This document shows, one piece after another, positions 35,266-54,390 of a DNA stretch of 64,000 nucleotides (the first letter of the stretch is position 1; each line of letters begins with the position of its first letter). This stretch comes from Paraspadella gotoi (lineage: Eukaryota > Animalia > Chaetognatha). A program made the position numbers and the translations under genes. The stretch covers positions 19,904,012 through 19,968,011 of the forward strand of contig CM119265.1 of assembly GCA_051294375.1 (NCBI GenBank). Direction: 5' to 3'. The notes below the pieces were generated by a model that worked only from the letters and a program-made list of their open reading frames with translations, was not told the origin of the DNA and ran no database searches.

Positions 35266-35382
35266 ACTCTTTCTATTGCAATAGAAAGAGTCAAAATTAC
35301 TTTATTTTCATACTAATCAGAGTCGATTTTAATCGACTCTGATTAGTATGAATTTAAATTTAAATTTAAATTTAAATTTAAA
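35266..35382. repeat. Cluster of perfect palindromes
   Basis: 26-bp palindrome 35266-35291, 22-bp-arm hairpin 35307-35352 with 2-nt loop, then (TTTAAA)n. Confidence 0.85.
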
Positions 35383-35666
35383 ACAATCAAAATAGAAGAA
35401 AAAAAAGATTTACGTTCTCAGCATCAAAATCACCAACATTTTTTATCGCCGTCACATACTAGGTAGGAAACCTCAGAAGATTAATATGGAAAGTTGAAGA
35501 AGTTAAAGTGAAGGGGATCCCTTTAAGAAAATGAGGAAAAAAAGAAAGAAAGGGTAAAAAAAAAGAAAAGGAAGGAAAAAGTGGCGCGACAAAATGTTTC
35601 TCGTTTCTCGATTTCCATTTCCAGCCTAAACAGTCTTTTTCCATGCAATTGAAGAGGACAGGAGAT

Positions 35667-35757
<91 letters not shown>

Positions 35758-37043
35758 AGAGTCAATGGTGCGAGACTCCACGAAGATCGTCGTCAGCGTC
35801 TCTTACTTCCGGTTATCGTCGTCGGGCGGCGTTGTTCTTCTTTTCTTTTTTATTATCCTCATTTTCGGCGAAGTTCGCTACGTTTTTTTCGCCAATGTAT
35901 AAGTGAGAAAGTGGAGGATGAAATTTTTAGTAAGAAAAGAATTCGAGATCAAGTGAAAAATGAACGCGAGTTTATTTTAGTAATAACATCGAGGGAATGC
36001 GCGAAGGTATTAAATTACAATGACTTTTATATGAACCACTTTGTTATGAAATCGAAGAATTAAAAAAAGGAATGGAATTTTAGGCCCGTAATATTATTTA
36101 CATTTTTGCAATACAAGAGAAATTTCAGGTTCGATCTTCACTAGAATGTATAAGCAAGAAAACTATGATGACGACGAAAACGAAAACAAACAAAAATTTA
36201 ATAATTAAAAATTTACTGAAAAAAAAATATTTTGCGTTGGTTAAATGAGTTGGTGGCGACGCTAATAGCGAACATAAAATACTCCGAGTTGCACCTGATG
36301 CGCTTAAACTTGGAGAGCAGAGCGACTACCCTGCTTTGCTTTTATTGACGGACTCCTGCTGATGAAATCCAACTATTCAGAGACATAAGTTTTTCACTTT
36401 CAAAACAACCATCTTTGTTTAATTTTAATTCTTTAAAAACATTTTGACCAGATTTTAAAAATATTTTTGCGAGATTACAAGTGTAAATATTATTTTAATT
36501 CAATTGAAACCTCATCTTATATTACGAGTTATTACACATTTTTGTTTATGAATCATCAAAAAATGCAGCTAAATTTACAAATTATGCTCTTATTTGCATT
36601 TTATTCCCTTCATCAAGAAACCTTTTCCGATGATTACTGATTTTCAAAGCCGGAAATGAAAGAAAGACTGAATTTTTTCTATGTATTTATTCATTAGTTG
36701 TTTGGAGTTGGCGCGCGACGCCACGACCGTCTTGCTCCCTTCGCGCTTCATCGCTTTTTTTTTTTGCCATGAACACAATGTTCTTCCCGACGACAAACGC
36801 ATAATAACAAACATCAACAACTGTCGAGAATTTCCCGAATTAAAACAGAAGAAAAAAGACGTGTTTTCTCGTAACTCTATTTCATGCACACATTTGAGAG
36901 AGGGATTTCACTCCTTTTACTTCGTATACATGGACCCGTGAAAAGTGAAAACCATTTTTTCCGACCCTTTCAGTTTCACATTTTCAGTCTATTCACATTT
37001 TCACTTTCTTATGCGAGCGGGAGACCAAACGCAATTCTCGAAA

Positions 37044-37225
<182 letters not shown>

Positions 37226-37808
37226 TCTTTCCCCGCATGCCTTCTACTTCAGCGCAGCCATAAGAGTTTTCATTTTTTTTCGCGCAAGTTTTTCCTACTT
37301 TGAACTTTCCCCCTGTTCCACTTCTTCAACCACCTTAACCACCGCAATACCACCGATACTTTTTCCCGCTCCATTGCGGCTCGACCCCACAAGGGTCGCC
37401 GGGGTCATTCCCCATTAGAAGCGCGGGAAACACGGTCAAGTTAACGCCAGTGTTGTTCCGGCCTCGACAAATGACAAGATAATACTTTTTGTTAATTCAT
37501 TAGTAGAGTCTGATGAAAGATTAGTCATAATACGTTCCAATAATTCAGTAGGTCACGCGTTTTATAATAATTGATTAATTTTACTGTAAAAACAATAAAG
37601 TAATTAATATGCATCGGTTAAGATACTCGAAAATGCATTTTCTAATTATTTCGAAGCCAACATATAAAGCTTAAAAGTAAAATTTCCTCCCTTTTTTCTG
37701 ATAGATCTTCCTTCGTGAGCACATTTTCAGCGGCGCCAAACATCCATCCAACTAAAATACCGTTTTTCGTGGTTCTCACCTTGAGTTTCCAATCGCGATT
37801 CGTTCTAG

Positions 37809-37931
<123 letters not shown>

Positions 37932-40900
37932 TTATCGCTCGCGCGCGCGCGTTTCCCCTCCTCCTTCTTCTCCTGTTTTTCGTCTCTTTTCGCGCGAAAA
38001 TCGCGATTTTGGATCCGGAAGTCGACGAACGGAAGAAACAAGAGAACAACAGCCCGACGGCGAAAAAAAAAATAAACAACTGACCGAAACGGAGAATTGT
38101 TAAATCAACAGTGCGATAAATCCCGAAAAATAAGCAAACATTACGTCTGAAGAATTAACGATAACAGACAGATAACTGGCGAAAATTACCAGAAGATACT
38201 ATAAATAGAGAAATTAGGGGAAAAAACGCGACGGAAATGAGTTTTTTGGGTTTTTTAAATTTTTTTGCGAATGTCATACATATGCAAACAAGATACGAGC
38301 GAAGGCGGATTCAATGCGAACAGAGGCGCTCGTTGCGTGAGGAATTTAAACGAGGAAAACAAAAACCCCGTTTGGAAGGGAAAGAGATAAAAAATACAAA
38401 CAAGCTACGCTATAATGAATTTTAACGTTAATAATGTAAACAAAAACAAAAGCTACAACTGCGACCTCGGGGCACCAAATTAGATTTATGCCCGAATATT
38501 TTCTTTACTACTTTGCTTTGCGAAATTTCGTGTGTCACTCGTAACCTTTCTTCATTTTTTGTATTATTTTAGATCCGCGTAAAAAGATTTAAACTAAATC
38601 GGAAACAACAGATATGTTCGGATAAACTTGTATTAAAATTGCGTCGAAGGCAAATCCAATAATTGACCTTAAAAGGTATTTTATACAAAAATTAGTTTTA
38701 TTAAATTATCACGTTTTTGTAAATTATTGAAATTTAAAATACTTTCTCAGATGTTAATCATATGCTTAATTTATTAGCAGCAGAAATGTTATCATTTTTT
38801 TTTTCATTTCTATTTCCTTGCTTTGGAGATCGATTTTTATTTGCTTGTCAATTCCCCCCAAAAATTCTCATTGTCCTAATTCTACAAATTTTCTTGAAAT
38901 TTATTTCTGTAGATTTCAGTAGATAACTGAGGTCTAGGCATTCCGTATTTTTCTTAATGGTTCTTTTTTTTACTTGTCTTAGGAATCAAAATATTTTATG
39001 ATGATCCTTGTAGTTCGTCTGACATTAGCGATGTATAATCAAAAAGAACACGTGGCTGCCTGTTCATATGAATCAAGACTCTTTTTTTTTTTAAATTTAA
39101 TTTCTTTGCATTTTTTAGAATTGGCGATATATTCTTTCAAACGACGGGAGTAAAACCACCACCAAATTTGAAACGACTTACGACGGCTCACTGCGGCGAA
39201 GTCGTAGTGATGGGACGACTCAATCTGTCCGACCATTTCGGACATCCGTTCATGTTGGCTAATTACCAAGTTTTCTATGTAATATTGTCTAAAATAGCTA
39301 GTATCTGTACCAACAACGCTTCGTTCATGAATACGATAAAGTTTTCTCAACGAAAACACAACCCTAAACCGTAATAATTACTACCAATAATTGGATTCGC
39401 TCTTCGCTTCATTTGACTTTCACATTCTGCAAATGATTTGTGCGATTCCCCTTCCGACTATATACGTCATTCCACTGCAAAAGGGCTTTTTCGACCTTCG
39501 ACTGACTCAATAAGCATTAAGCATGTCAACTCTTAGAAGATCTCTCACGGAATGTAATCAATAACCTTGAATTAGCGCCCGCGATTACGTAATTTTAAAC
39601 TTCTCCCAAAAAAGCCCCGCCTCTTTCCTTCGTCATCCATTCGTCCGTCGAGAATCCGTCTCCAACACTTCGTCGACGTCCCGTTGCTGCGAATCCGATG
39701 AACGCCATCTTAGTTCCGGTGGCCATCTTCATCGTTTGCATCTGCCTGAGTCTCGTCGTCAGGAAAATGAGGCAAAGCGGGGAAATTCAGGAGAAAAAGT
39801 GCGTGAGACGCGCGTCGGTGAATAATCACAAAAAGCGGTGATTGGAATGAAGCGGTGAGCCAGAGATCATCATTGAAACTGAGTTGCGACGACTCTCAGT
39901 ACCGGCTTGCAACCTGGCTTTATTTTTTCGAACTTTCGGTGATCGAACTTGGAAATTCAAATTCCAAACTCCTAAGTTTTCACAGTTTTCACAGAAGCGT
40001 ATTACAGCGAGACAAAAAAATGTTCTCGCGATTTCATTAAAATTCATTCACGACGACGAAAACGACGACGACGACGACGTCCATCAACGACGCAATTCCA
40101 AAATGAAATAATCGAAAATCGATTTTTTGTTTTCAACGAGAATCATTTTCGCCATTGAACGGATTAAAATCGAAGCAAATGAAAGGACGATTAGCTGGAG
40201 GAAGTGGAGGCTGTCGAAGGTAGGGAGAGATTGCCTCGTTGCTTGTTGTCGTTGTTGTTGTCGGGTCGATGGTGGAGTGACGAATCTGACCTCGGTGCGG
40301 ATTTAAATTTGTTCGTGAAGATGATTTTAATTGAAACGCGAGAAATTGTGGAATCGGTCCGCTACAACATTGAACCAATTAAACGCTCAGCTCCGTCGCT
40401 CAAAAAGCGATACGAATTTCCCCCATCCGTTCGACGACCCACACTACCCTTTGGGGACTCGTTCTCGCCGCTAGCTCTCCTTTCATTTCAACGAGTCGTG
40501 AGATTCTCCGTTTTTTGACGATTTTCTCTTCCCCTTTCATTTCCCTCCCTTTCCCTTTCCTTTCCTTTCTTTTTCCTTTCTTTTTCCTTTCCCTTTCTTT
40601 CCTGCATTTCATGCCATTCCATTCCTTTCCTTTCCTTTCCTTTCTTTTCCTTTCTTTTTCCTTTCCTTTCCCCTTTCCCTTTCTTTCCTCCATACCAACA
40701 CCGGCCTTCCATCGCTTTCTAGCCAAATCCATTTATCTGCCTCTCATGCCTTTTTAGACTTCTTTTTTGGGGCCGGGTCAAGCCTGATACTCTCATTCAA
40801 TCACTCCTTAGTCTTTCACGCTTCTACGTAGAATCCCCGCCTCCTCTACTATTTTCATCTCTCGACACGCAGCTTCTTTTCGAGGTCGCTCATTTTGCTC

Positions 40901-40987
40901 TTTTTTTCTTTTCCACCACGGGGTCAAAATTCCCCTCTTTTATCTCTCTCACTTACTACCTCGGCAAACAACCTCATTTCACCCTTA

Positions 40988-41048
<61 letters not shown>

Positions 41049-43867
41049 CCTCCCCCTTCGATCTCTCCCTCTTTCCTCCTCCCTATCCCACCCTACCCAC
41101 CCTTACCCCCGCCCCCCCTTCACTCTATTCTTCGGAATATTGATTAAATCCGTCCCGAAGATAACAGCGTTCGCCCCGGCCTCTTGTCATGTGACTTGTG
41201 TTACCAAGCGACGAGGGAAGGAACGAGAAAAAAAAAATTCCTTTGGGTCCAATCAAGCGTAGATTTGGTTGGGCTTTTTTTTCTAGACGCATTGGCGCAG
41301 CTATGTCATGTTAATTGGGTTTTTTTTTTTTTTTTTTTATGAAATTGGTACAAACGATATAATAATTGATCATTCATTTAATTAACAAGCTATGTATGTT
41401 GCTTCTGACTTATCTTCAAGTACGAAGAATTGTCATAGATCGATTTTTAACAAAAAGAAAATGCACAAAATTGAACCTGATAAATTGAACATAATAACGT
41501 CGGAATCTATATTTTTTTTGAAATAACGTTTTAACCCGACTAGTATTATTGTAACGAAGATCAAGAAGAGAAACTAACCAAGTGAATTTAATAGTTGCTA
41601 TAAGAGAATTAAAAAAAAGATCGAAAGCCCTAATTACGCATCTCGATTTTTTTTCGTCCCACTAAAATTCCTGTTTTATGATGTCTTTTTTTCCCAAAGC
41701 CTGAGCCACGCCCACAACATCAGCTACGCCCCTCAATCAGGGATTTTTTTTACAGCATCACTCCTATTCAACAAGGTCTGGCTGTGATTCAGCCTAGAAC
41801 CGCGACCTTATGAGCCCTACCGACATAATTACGCGATGGCGGGCGGAAAGGCAGTAGCAGTCGTGAATATTAAATGAGAAACTTGGGGTTAATTATGGAT
41901 TATGGAAGGATTTTTCGAGATTCATTTTTGGTCTGGGATTTTTTGAGAGGAGATGAAAGAGAGAATTAAACGTAACCGAAACAATACGTCCATCTAACGG
42001 ATATTTGGGTTTTTTTTCTTATGGTAAATTAGAGTCGATTCAAACAACTGGGTTCAGCTCAGAAATGACTAAAGATCCGGATCCGTTTCTCGGAAGACGT
42101 CGAGCGAATCAAAGAGAAACGCCACGTCCGTCGCCTTCCAAAGGTCACCATCCGGTTATTCGGTCACTTCTCCGTTCCGCCTTCCGAGAGGCCCAATTTC
42201 CGGCGCTCGCTGTCACTCCGCGCGAGATCCCGGCGCTCTAGATACTTCCTTTCGGATTCCGGCTCTCGAGATTGCGTTCGCGAAACCGGAATAAAAGTTC
42301 AGCCCGACCCGCACGACGGGAAAACCGAGAACGCGACGGGCTGCCTGGCTGCCACCCGGCACGCGCTGGCGTCGCTCGCGTTTCCTAGGTCGAGCGCGAG
42401 ATAACTCGACCGGTTTTTCTTTGCGTCTCGCCCGACAGTCAAGTTTAATTCGTCACGAGCCTCTTAATTCCATTTCGTTTCCATGACTACTCCGACTCAT
42501 TCTCCCGAACATGGCGGAAAGACGAACGTCTAAAAAAAATCTCGCTCGTTTCTCTTCCGCACGCACCTTTCCCTTTTCGAGCTCGAGTAATTCGCGCCAA
42601 ATGGATGCCAACGCCCCGAGGTTCTAGTAACTTAGGCTCGTAGGCGCGCGAACAAGCTCTGAAAATCGAGCGAATGTTCGTCCGTGCGAAAAAAGCAGCC
42701 GCCACTGGCTAACGTCGCCAGCAACCGCCAGCCGTAGCTACGCCACTGCCTCCGCCCGGGTTCGACAAAAAAAAAAGAGAAAACGTTGGCGTTTCCCTGC
42801 GAATAAAAAAAAGTGAGATGGGAAAGATTCTGGCTCCGACGGGAGGAATGAGACGGGAAAGCGGGGGGGGGGTCGAGTTAGACGGTGGGCGTGGCCGTGG
42901 GTAAATTATGTCCGCTTTGGGTCGAAGGAGAAACGAAGAAGAAGACGCGTCTATTCTCTGATTGACGAATTTCGTGATAATCGAGTTTAAGCGTTTAAGG
43001 ATTTCTTTTGAGCTTTTACAGATTGAATCTTAGAACAGATGGACGAACGGACGGGTCGAGGAGACCGACGGACTTCCATTCCTCAGCCAACGCCGCGTAG
43101 ATAAATCAACTAGACAGACGGCGTATCTCAAATCACATACGAGGCTCGGAAAGGCGATTGTCTAGTAGGAAGGGCGAGACGACATGACACGGCATGACAC
43201 GGCGAGACGGCCTGACACGGAGATATGGAGGAGGGCGCTTGTTCGTATTGAAGATTGAATAAGTTAAGTTCGGAACTTTATTGTGGTTGCTATAAAATTT
43301 TTTCTCTCTCTCTTTCATTAATGAAAGTGAAGTTAAAAGTCTGAGCAGCGCGATTATCTTCAGTTTCAAAAATAGCCCAAGAATGAATTATTGTTCTGTC
43401 TTTTGGTTATGGTTTTGTGTATGTATTGTGGGCAATCGTCACTGTTTTCTATTTTCGCCATTTTCTTACTAAATCCGTCCGTAATAACTCGTTTATTTTC
43501 TCATCAAATTATCCAAAATGAGAGAGGATTAAAAGAAATAGCCAATGTGGGCGTGGTACGAAGAGACACAAAGAAAAAAAAAAGAAAAAAGGCGCTCGGT
43601 GTCGCGGAAGAAACGAGCGTCGCGCCGAGAAAAAAAAAACTCTTGTGTTTGATCGAAAATTCATGAGTTGATGCCTGCGGCTTCGGAGTCGGTGGCCGCA
43701 GCAGAAGGATGTTTGCGGGAGACTGGGAGGGCAGAGATTTTTTTTTAAGGGGCTGAGACAAATTGTCTATGTGTTGAATTAGTTAAAACATTAATGGGAA
43801 GCTAGTATAATTTATACCAAAATTTTTCTCTTATTTCTCTCTTTCTCTCTTTCCCTCTCGTGTGCGC

Positions 43868-43943
<76 letters not shown>

Positions 43944-45439
43944 GCTCTCTCTCCTCTCCGCGATCTGCCCCACTCTTCTCGCAAGAGGAATCACGCACAC
44001 CGATCCTATCTTCGTACGTGATTCGTGGTCGTGATTCTCACCGGTTCATTATTTCCGGAATGCTCAGAGGAAGAAGGCAGTCTTTTAATATCCGCTAGAT
44101 TATGAAGATTATTAATTTTGTATTCAAAAGTCACTAAATATTCAAAATTAAATAATTGTCACCGAAGAATCGCGTTAAACTAAATACAGCGAAGAGAGAG
44201 AGAGGGAGAGAGAAAGTCGGCGACCCTAAATTACAGCGTTCAAAAGTCAAGAGCAGAGTCGTTCCGCGGAATTCATCGTAAACCGTTTCGAGTCTAGAGA
44301 GAGAGAAAGAGAGGTCGTTCAGAGTCGCCCGGTTTGAATCTCAAACAAAAGACGTTAAAAGAAAAAAAGAGAAGAAATCGGAGTGAAATAAGTATATGAG
44401 TTTCAATGACTATGAGTATGAATGGCTTGATTTCGACTTGGTTTGATAATCTCTTTTGGAAGGTACGAAACCGATTGCATTTTTAGTACTCCTAGTTCGT
44501 TTTATGGTATTGCGTTCCTTTGTAACGGGTGACCTTGTGCCCTTTGACTCTGTCCTATTAATAGAATCTGAGCTCGACTTTCGGTGACGTTTTCGCCGTT
44601 GCCAGGAAACCCAACGGCCGAATTCAGTCATAGGCTAAACGAGGGAGATTTGTTTGCTAATAGTGGCGTCGTTGTCGTTGAGCCGATTACGCGATGTTTT
44701 CTTCCCCCAAAAAAAGTCATTTTTCTTTCATTTTCCTCCCGAAAAAAAGGAACGGTTTTCTCCGAGACCAACGGCGGGAAAACCGTCGGAATATTTTGTC
44801 TTTTCTTTTCTTCTCTCTTTGATGATTTCTCTTTTAAGTTTTAACGGTTCCTTTTCCTTTTCTCTTCCTTTTTTTTTCTTTGGCTTGGACTTTTGACGTC
44901 TTATTATCAATTGATGATTTTTTTTTTTGTAAACTTTGAAGTCGTTTTTCTTGTTGACTTTTTTGTGGTTTTTTGCTAAAAGATTGGAATGCTCTTCAGA
45001 TGGTTAATTGCACTGCAAATAGAGACTTTCTAAAAAAGTAGTAACTTCAGTTAAATATAGTCAGCGTTAAAAAGATAGACTAAACTTTTTAAAAAAATTG
45101 TAAAAAAGTGTTAAAAAAAGTTTTAAAGTGTAGCAAAGAGAAAAAAAGTAAACGGATGATGACGAAAAAAAGAACGGAGAGGTTTGGCTTGGAATGAGAT
45201 GAAAAGGAATCCATTAGGTCGCTTGGAAAAAAACCGGAGAAAGAAAAAAAGGGGGGCGGAGGTGAAAAGAAAAAAAGGAGGAGAGAAAAGGATGGAGGTC
45301 GGAAGGTGAGAGGGGAAAAGAAAAAAGAAGGAAAAAGAAAAGAGAAGAGATTGGAAAAAGAAAATGGGGGGAAGTGGAAGTGAGATTAAAGGGTAAAGAG
45401 AATATATGGGGGAAAAATGGAAACTGGTTTTGGAGGCAA

Positions 45440-46020
45440 AAATAAAGATGGAAGGAAAAACCAGTCGAGAGAAACGAGGAAAAGAAGGAAAGAAAATCCG
45501 AGCGAGAGGAAAGGAAAGAAAAATCGCGGAAAAAAAGGGAAAGAACAAGTCCAAGTGGGGAACGGGGAAGGAAAGAAAAATCGGGAAAAGAAGGAAAGAA
45601 AGTCCAAGTGGGGGAAGGAAAGAAATAACTAGAAAAGAAAGGAAAAAAGTACGATTGCAGGGAGGAAGGAAAAAACGGGAAAAGAAGGGAAAAAAAGAAC
45701 TACTGAAGGAAGGAAAGAAAAAATGAGAAAAGAAGAAAAGAAAGAAAGAAAGAAAGTCAAAGTGGAGAAATGAAAAAAAACCGGGAAAATAAAGAAAGAA
45801 AGTCCGAGCAGAGGAAGGAAAGAAAGTAACAGGAAAATAAGGAAAGATAGTCCGAGCGGAGGAAAGAAAAAAAATGGGAAAAGAAGGAAAGAAAGTCCAA
45901 GTGAAGGAAGGAAAAAAATCAAGAAAAGAAGGAAAGAAAGTTCAAGTGGGGGAAGGAAAGAAAAAAACGGGAAAAGAAGGAAAGAAAGTCCAAGTGGAGG
46001 ATGGAAAGAAAAAACGATAA
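45440..46020. repeat. Purine-rich degenerate minisatellite (GAAAAGAAGGAAAGAAAGTCCAAGTGG...)
   Basis: Recurring AGTCCAAGTGG/AGTCCGAGC cores in A/G-rich units. Confidence 0.75.
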
Positions 46021-46444
46021 AAGAAAAAAAGACGTCGAAAGGAATGATAAAAAAAGAGAAAAATGAGAAAGAGACATCGAAAAGAGAAAAGGAAAAAAAT
46101 AGGAATAAGAGGTAAAGTTTGAGAAGAAACCCGAGTTCGAGAAAAAGAATCAAGCGAGATCGATGCCAGCGAATGTCGAGCAGAACGGGAGTCCTGTCAA
46201 ATCACATCGTTTTGCTTGGACTCTAAAAATCGTTAGTCCTTCCAATTAAAAAATAAATATCGTTTTTTAATGAACAAACGATTACTTTTTGTACAAGTAT
46301 CTTTTTAAAAGTCTCAACTCTAATTAATATTTTTTCACGGGTATTTTTTTTTCTTACATATGAAACATTTTTAAAAATTCCTTCAATGGTCGATTGCTTT
46401 TTCCGAAAGAAAACAAGCATTCAAGCTAATTAATGTCTTAGGCA

Positions 46445-46630
46445 TTCGTCGCTCGCCTTTCGAAATCTTTCGGCGATCGCCTTTCGAAATATTTCGTCGA
46501 TCGCCTTTCGAAATCTTTCGGCGATCGCCTTTCGAAATATTTCGTCGATCGCCTTTCGAAATCTTTTGGCGATCGCCTTTCGAAATATTTCGTCGATCGC
46601 CTTTCGAAATCTTTTGGCGATCGCCTTTCG
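46445..46630. repeat. 21-bp tandem repeat with two alternating variants (CGATCGCCTTTCGAAAT...)
   Basis: About 8-9 adjacent units alternating CTTTCGG/CTTTTGG and ATTTCGT. Confidence 0.9.
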
Positions 46631-47107
46631 CCTATCGGACAAGAAAAATGGTAGTAAATCGTCGGATCGAGAAAACAGATTAACTTTCGAGAAGGAGAAT
46701 TCGTCTTTCCGGTCTCTCACTTTTCAGGCTCTCGGTTCATTAGGGGATAATAAGCTTCATACACCGAGTATATTTTATCGTCGTTTTAAACTAGATCCTC
46801 CTTAATTTATCTTTTCTTCTATCATCTTTCCGGTCGATTTAATGCCACATACTAAAGCTCTTTCGATTCCCAGCCATTACCAACCGACTCCCGTCGCCTA
46901 AAATCAAAAATTCTTTTCAATTTTGTCTGAATTATCATTCAAGGTAACCCTTTATCCTCTCCGTTACACTTTCTTTCCCTTTCTATCTCACTCAGTCGAA
47001 ATCCCTCTGGTTCCAGTTAGAGAATAATTTCATATTTCGCACCCAAATTTATCGATTTTCGAGTTCGAGTCGCCAGCTCGTTTTCGTCAGCCTAAAGCCA
47101 TTGAATC

Positions 47108-47268
<161 letters not shown>

Positions 47269-48309
47269 TCCTGTCAGGCGTCTTTCCTGCAAAAGGCCCG
47301 TTTTTTCTCCCATTACGTTTCGCCATTCGCGGTGTTAGGGGTAAGATATCGTTTCGAGTCAATTTTGCGCTCAAAAAAACCCATAAAGTAGGAGCGACAA
47401 CGGCAGAAATAACAATATAGAAAGACTCAGCTCACAATGAATGGAGATATAGTGGAAATAAAGAGATGAAAAGAAAGAAAATGTCATGGAAGAGAGGCGA
47501 ACCAAAAATCGAGTCATGTAGAGTAACGTCGAAAATGAAATCTGAAATTAAGCAGACGAATTTATTAGAAGAAGAAAGGAAGAGATTAAATTGACTAAAC
47601 AGATTTTGAGATGGAAAAAGACACAAGTTAAGACAAATGGAAAATAGGTTGAAAGGTATATAGAAAAGAGAGAGATTAATGAAGAGGAAAAAATTAAATA
47701 ACACGAGAGATTTTTGGGTTTTTTTGTTTTCGATATAAAATTAACTTCATCTTCAATTCGTCAAGAGCATCAAAATTTCCGGTTGTTTATTGGGATATTT
47801 ATTTATTAGGAACTGTGAATAATGTATAAATAGAAAGAATAAGGTGACGAAAGCAATTGATAAAAAATAATGAATAAAGAGTGTGAACTTTCTCAAAACG
47901 ATGTGATATTTAAGGAGAAGAAAGGTCAACGCCAGGTCAAACGTCAAGCGCCAAGTGTCAAGGTTTTTCCTGGTCAGCGACGTCGAAGTAAAAGGACGAA
48001 ATGACGGGAACAACGACTACAACGACGACGAGAACGTATAAGATGACATAGCAGATTAAGAAGTTTAAGATGAGGAGGATGACAAAAATGATGACAATGA
48101 CGTTCTCGTCAGAACTTTTTATGTCTGTTATGCGTTTGCCGCTAAGCTATAGCTCTTGAGACCATATTACCCCGTGAGCCATAACGAGTCACATTACTTG
48201 ACAGAAATTGCCGGTTCTCGATACTAAATCCAGAGAGACTGGATCATTTTATTTAATTAGATAACGATAAACGTTTTATGTTTCAATTTCTTTTATTTTT
48301 TTTATCTTA

Positions 48310-53237
<4,928 letters not shown>

Positions 53238-53390
53238 AAGGGAGGGTAAGGGGAGCAAAATTTGATACGATGACCAAGACGATGACCGGGACGACGACGA
53301 CGACGATAAAGACGACGTTTTTTTTTGATTTAGTCACCTGGGACATCCAATAGACGTCAACCGAACGTCTCTCCTCTCTCTCTCTCTCTA

Positions 53391-53438
<48 letters not shown>

Positions 53439-54390
53439 CCCGTCTTTGTTTCTGTTAAAACGCTTGACCATTCCTTCGGCCTTGTCGCCCGACTTCGCAA
53501 TGACCGACACGAGACNNNNNNNNNNNNNNNNNNNNNNNNNCTTTTCTCCGGCATTGCCCGTCCTTAACTCTCCCGCCCGCCTCTCGTTTGCCCGACGAGA
53601 TCTTTTCGGACGCTTAAACTCTGACCATAACGACCGGAATTCGCTTGAATGTTGTCAAGTATTGTTAGGAATTTCCCCGAGTTAACGAGAGCAGTTTCTC
53701 CCCATTATTCTGAGATTTGCCGAGAATCGTGAGCCACTTGGAGATCCTCTTTCCGGGAAAATCCGACATCTTCTATTTACGAGAATTGGTTGGAAAAAAA
53801 ACGAAAAGAGATTTTCGAACCAAGAGGCGATTTTCGTCTCTTTTTTGTAGAAGGGAATATTTAGAAATGAAACATGGCAAACATGAAACCAGGCAATAAA
53901 TCGTTAGGGAATTTATGCGTATTCATTTGTCAATTTGTGACTTTTTTTTCACAGACTCGAAGAAATTTGTTTGTATAAAAATTTTAGAAAGTAATTCACA
54001 GTCAAATTGAGGTCCTTGGCTATTTAATACTTTTATCTCGTTAAAAATATCTTTCAGTCCGTGATACGTCGTTGACTCTCGAGGCTGAGGGGCTCGACTA
54101 TTAACTTTGTCTTTAATGTCAACACTCGACCTTCGCTTGTTACAAAATTCTGCCGCGATAAAAAATTTGGAGGAGGCACCAAAGAAGAGGAAGAGGAGGA
54201 TGAGGAGGAGGAGAAGAAGAAGAGGGAAGAGGAGGAGTTGCTTTAAATGTTTGCACAAAGAAGAGAAAGTAATCGATTGGATACTCGTGGTTACAATGAC
54301 GACGATGTTAACCAGTTTAAGGAAGAGTCAAAGACGACGACAATGGTCATACCGAAGAGGCCGGACACGATTCACAGAGTCGATGCTCAC

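Noticed and set aside
36282-36388. Hairpin + AGAGCA + terminal ACA, like an H/ACA snoRNA
   Set aside because: No convincing second hairpin or pseudouridylation pocket.
46445-46630. Regular repeat array resembling CRISPR
   Set aside because: No unique spacers, eukaryotic context; plain minisatellite.
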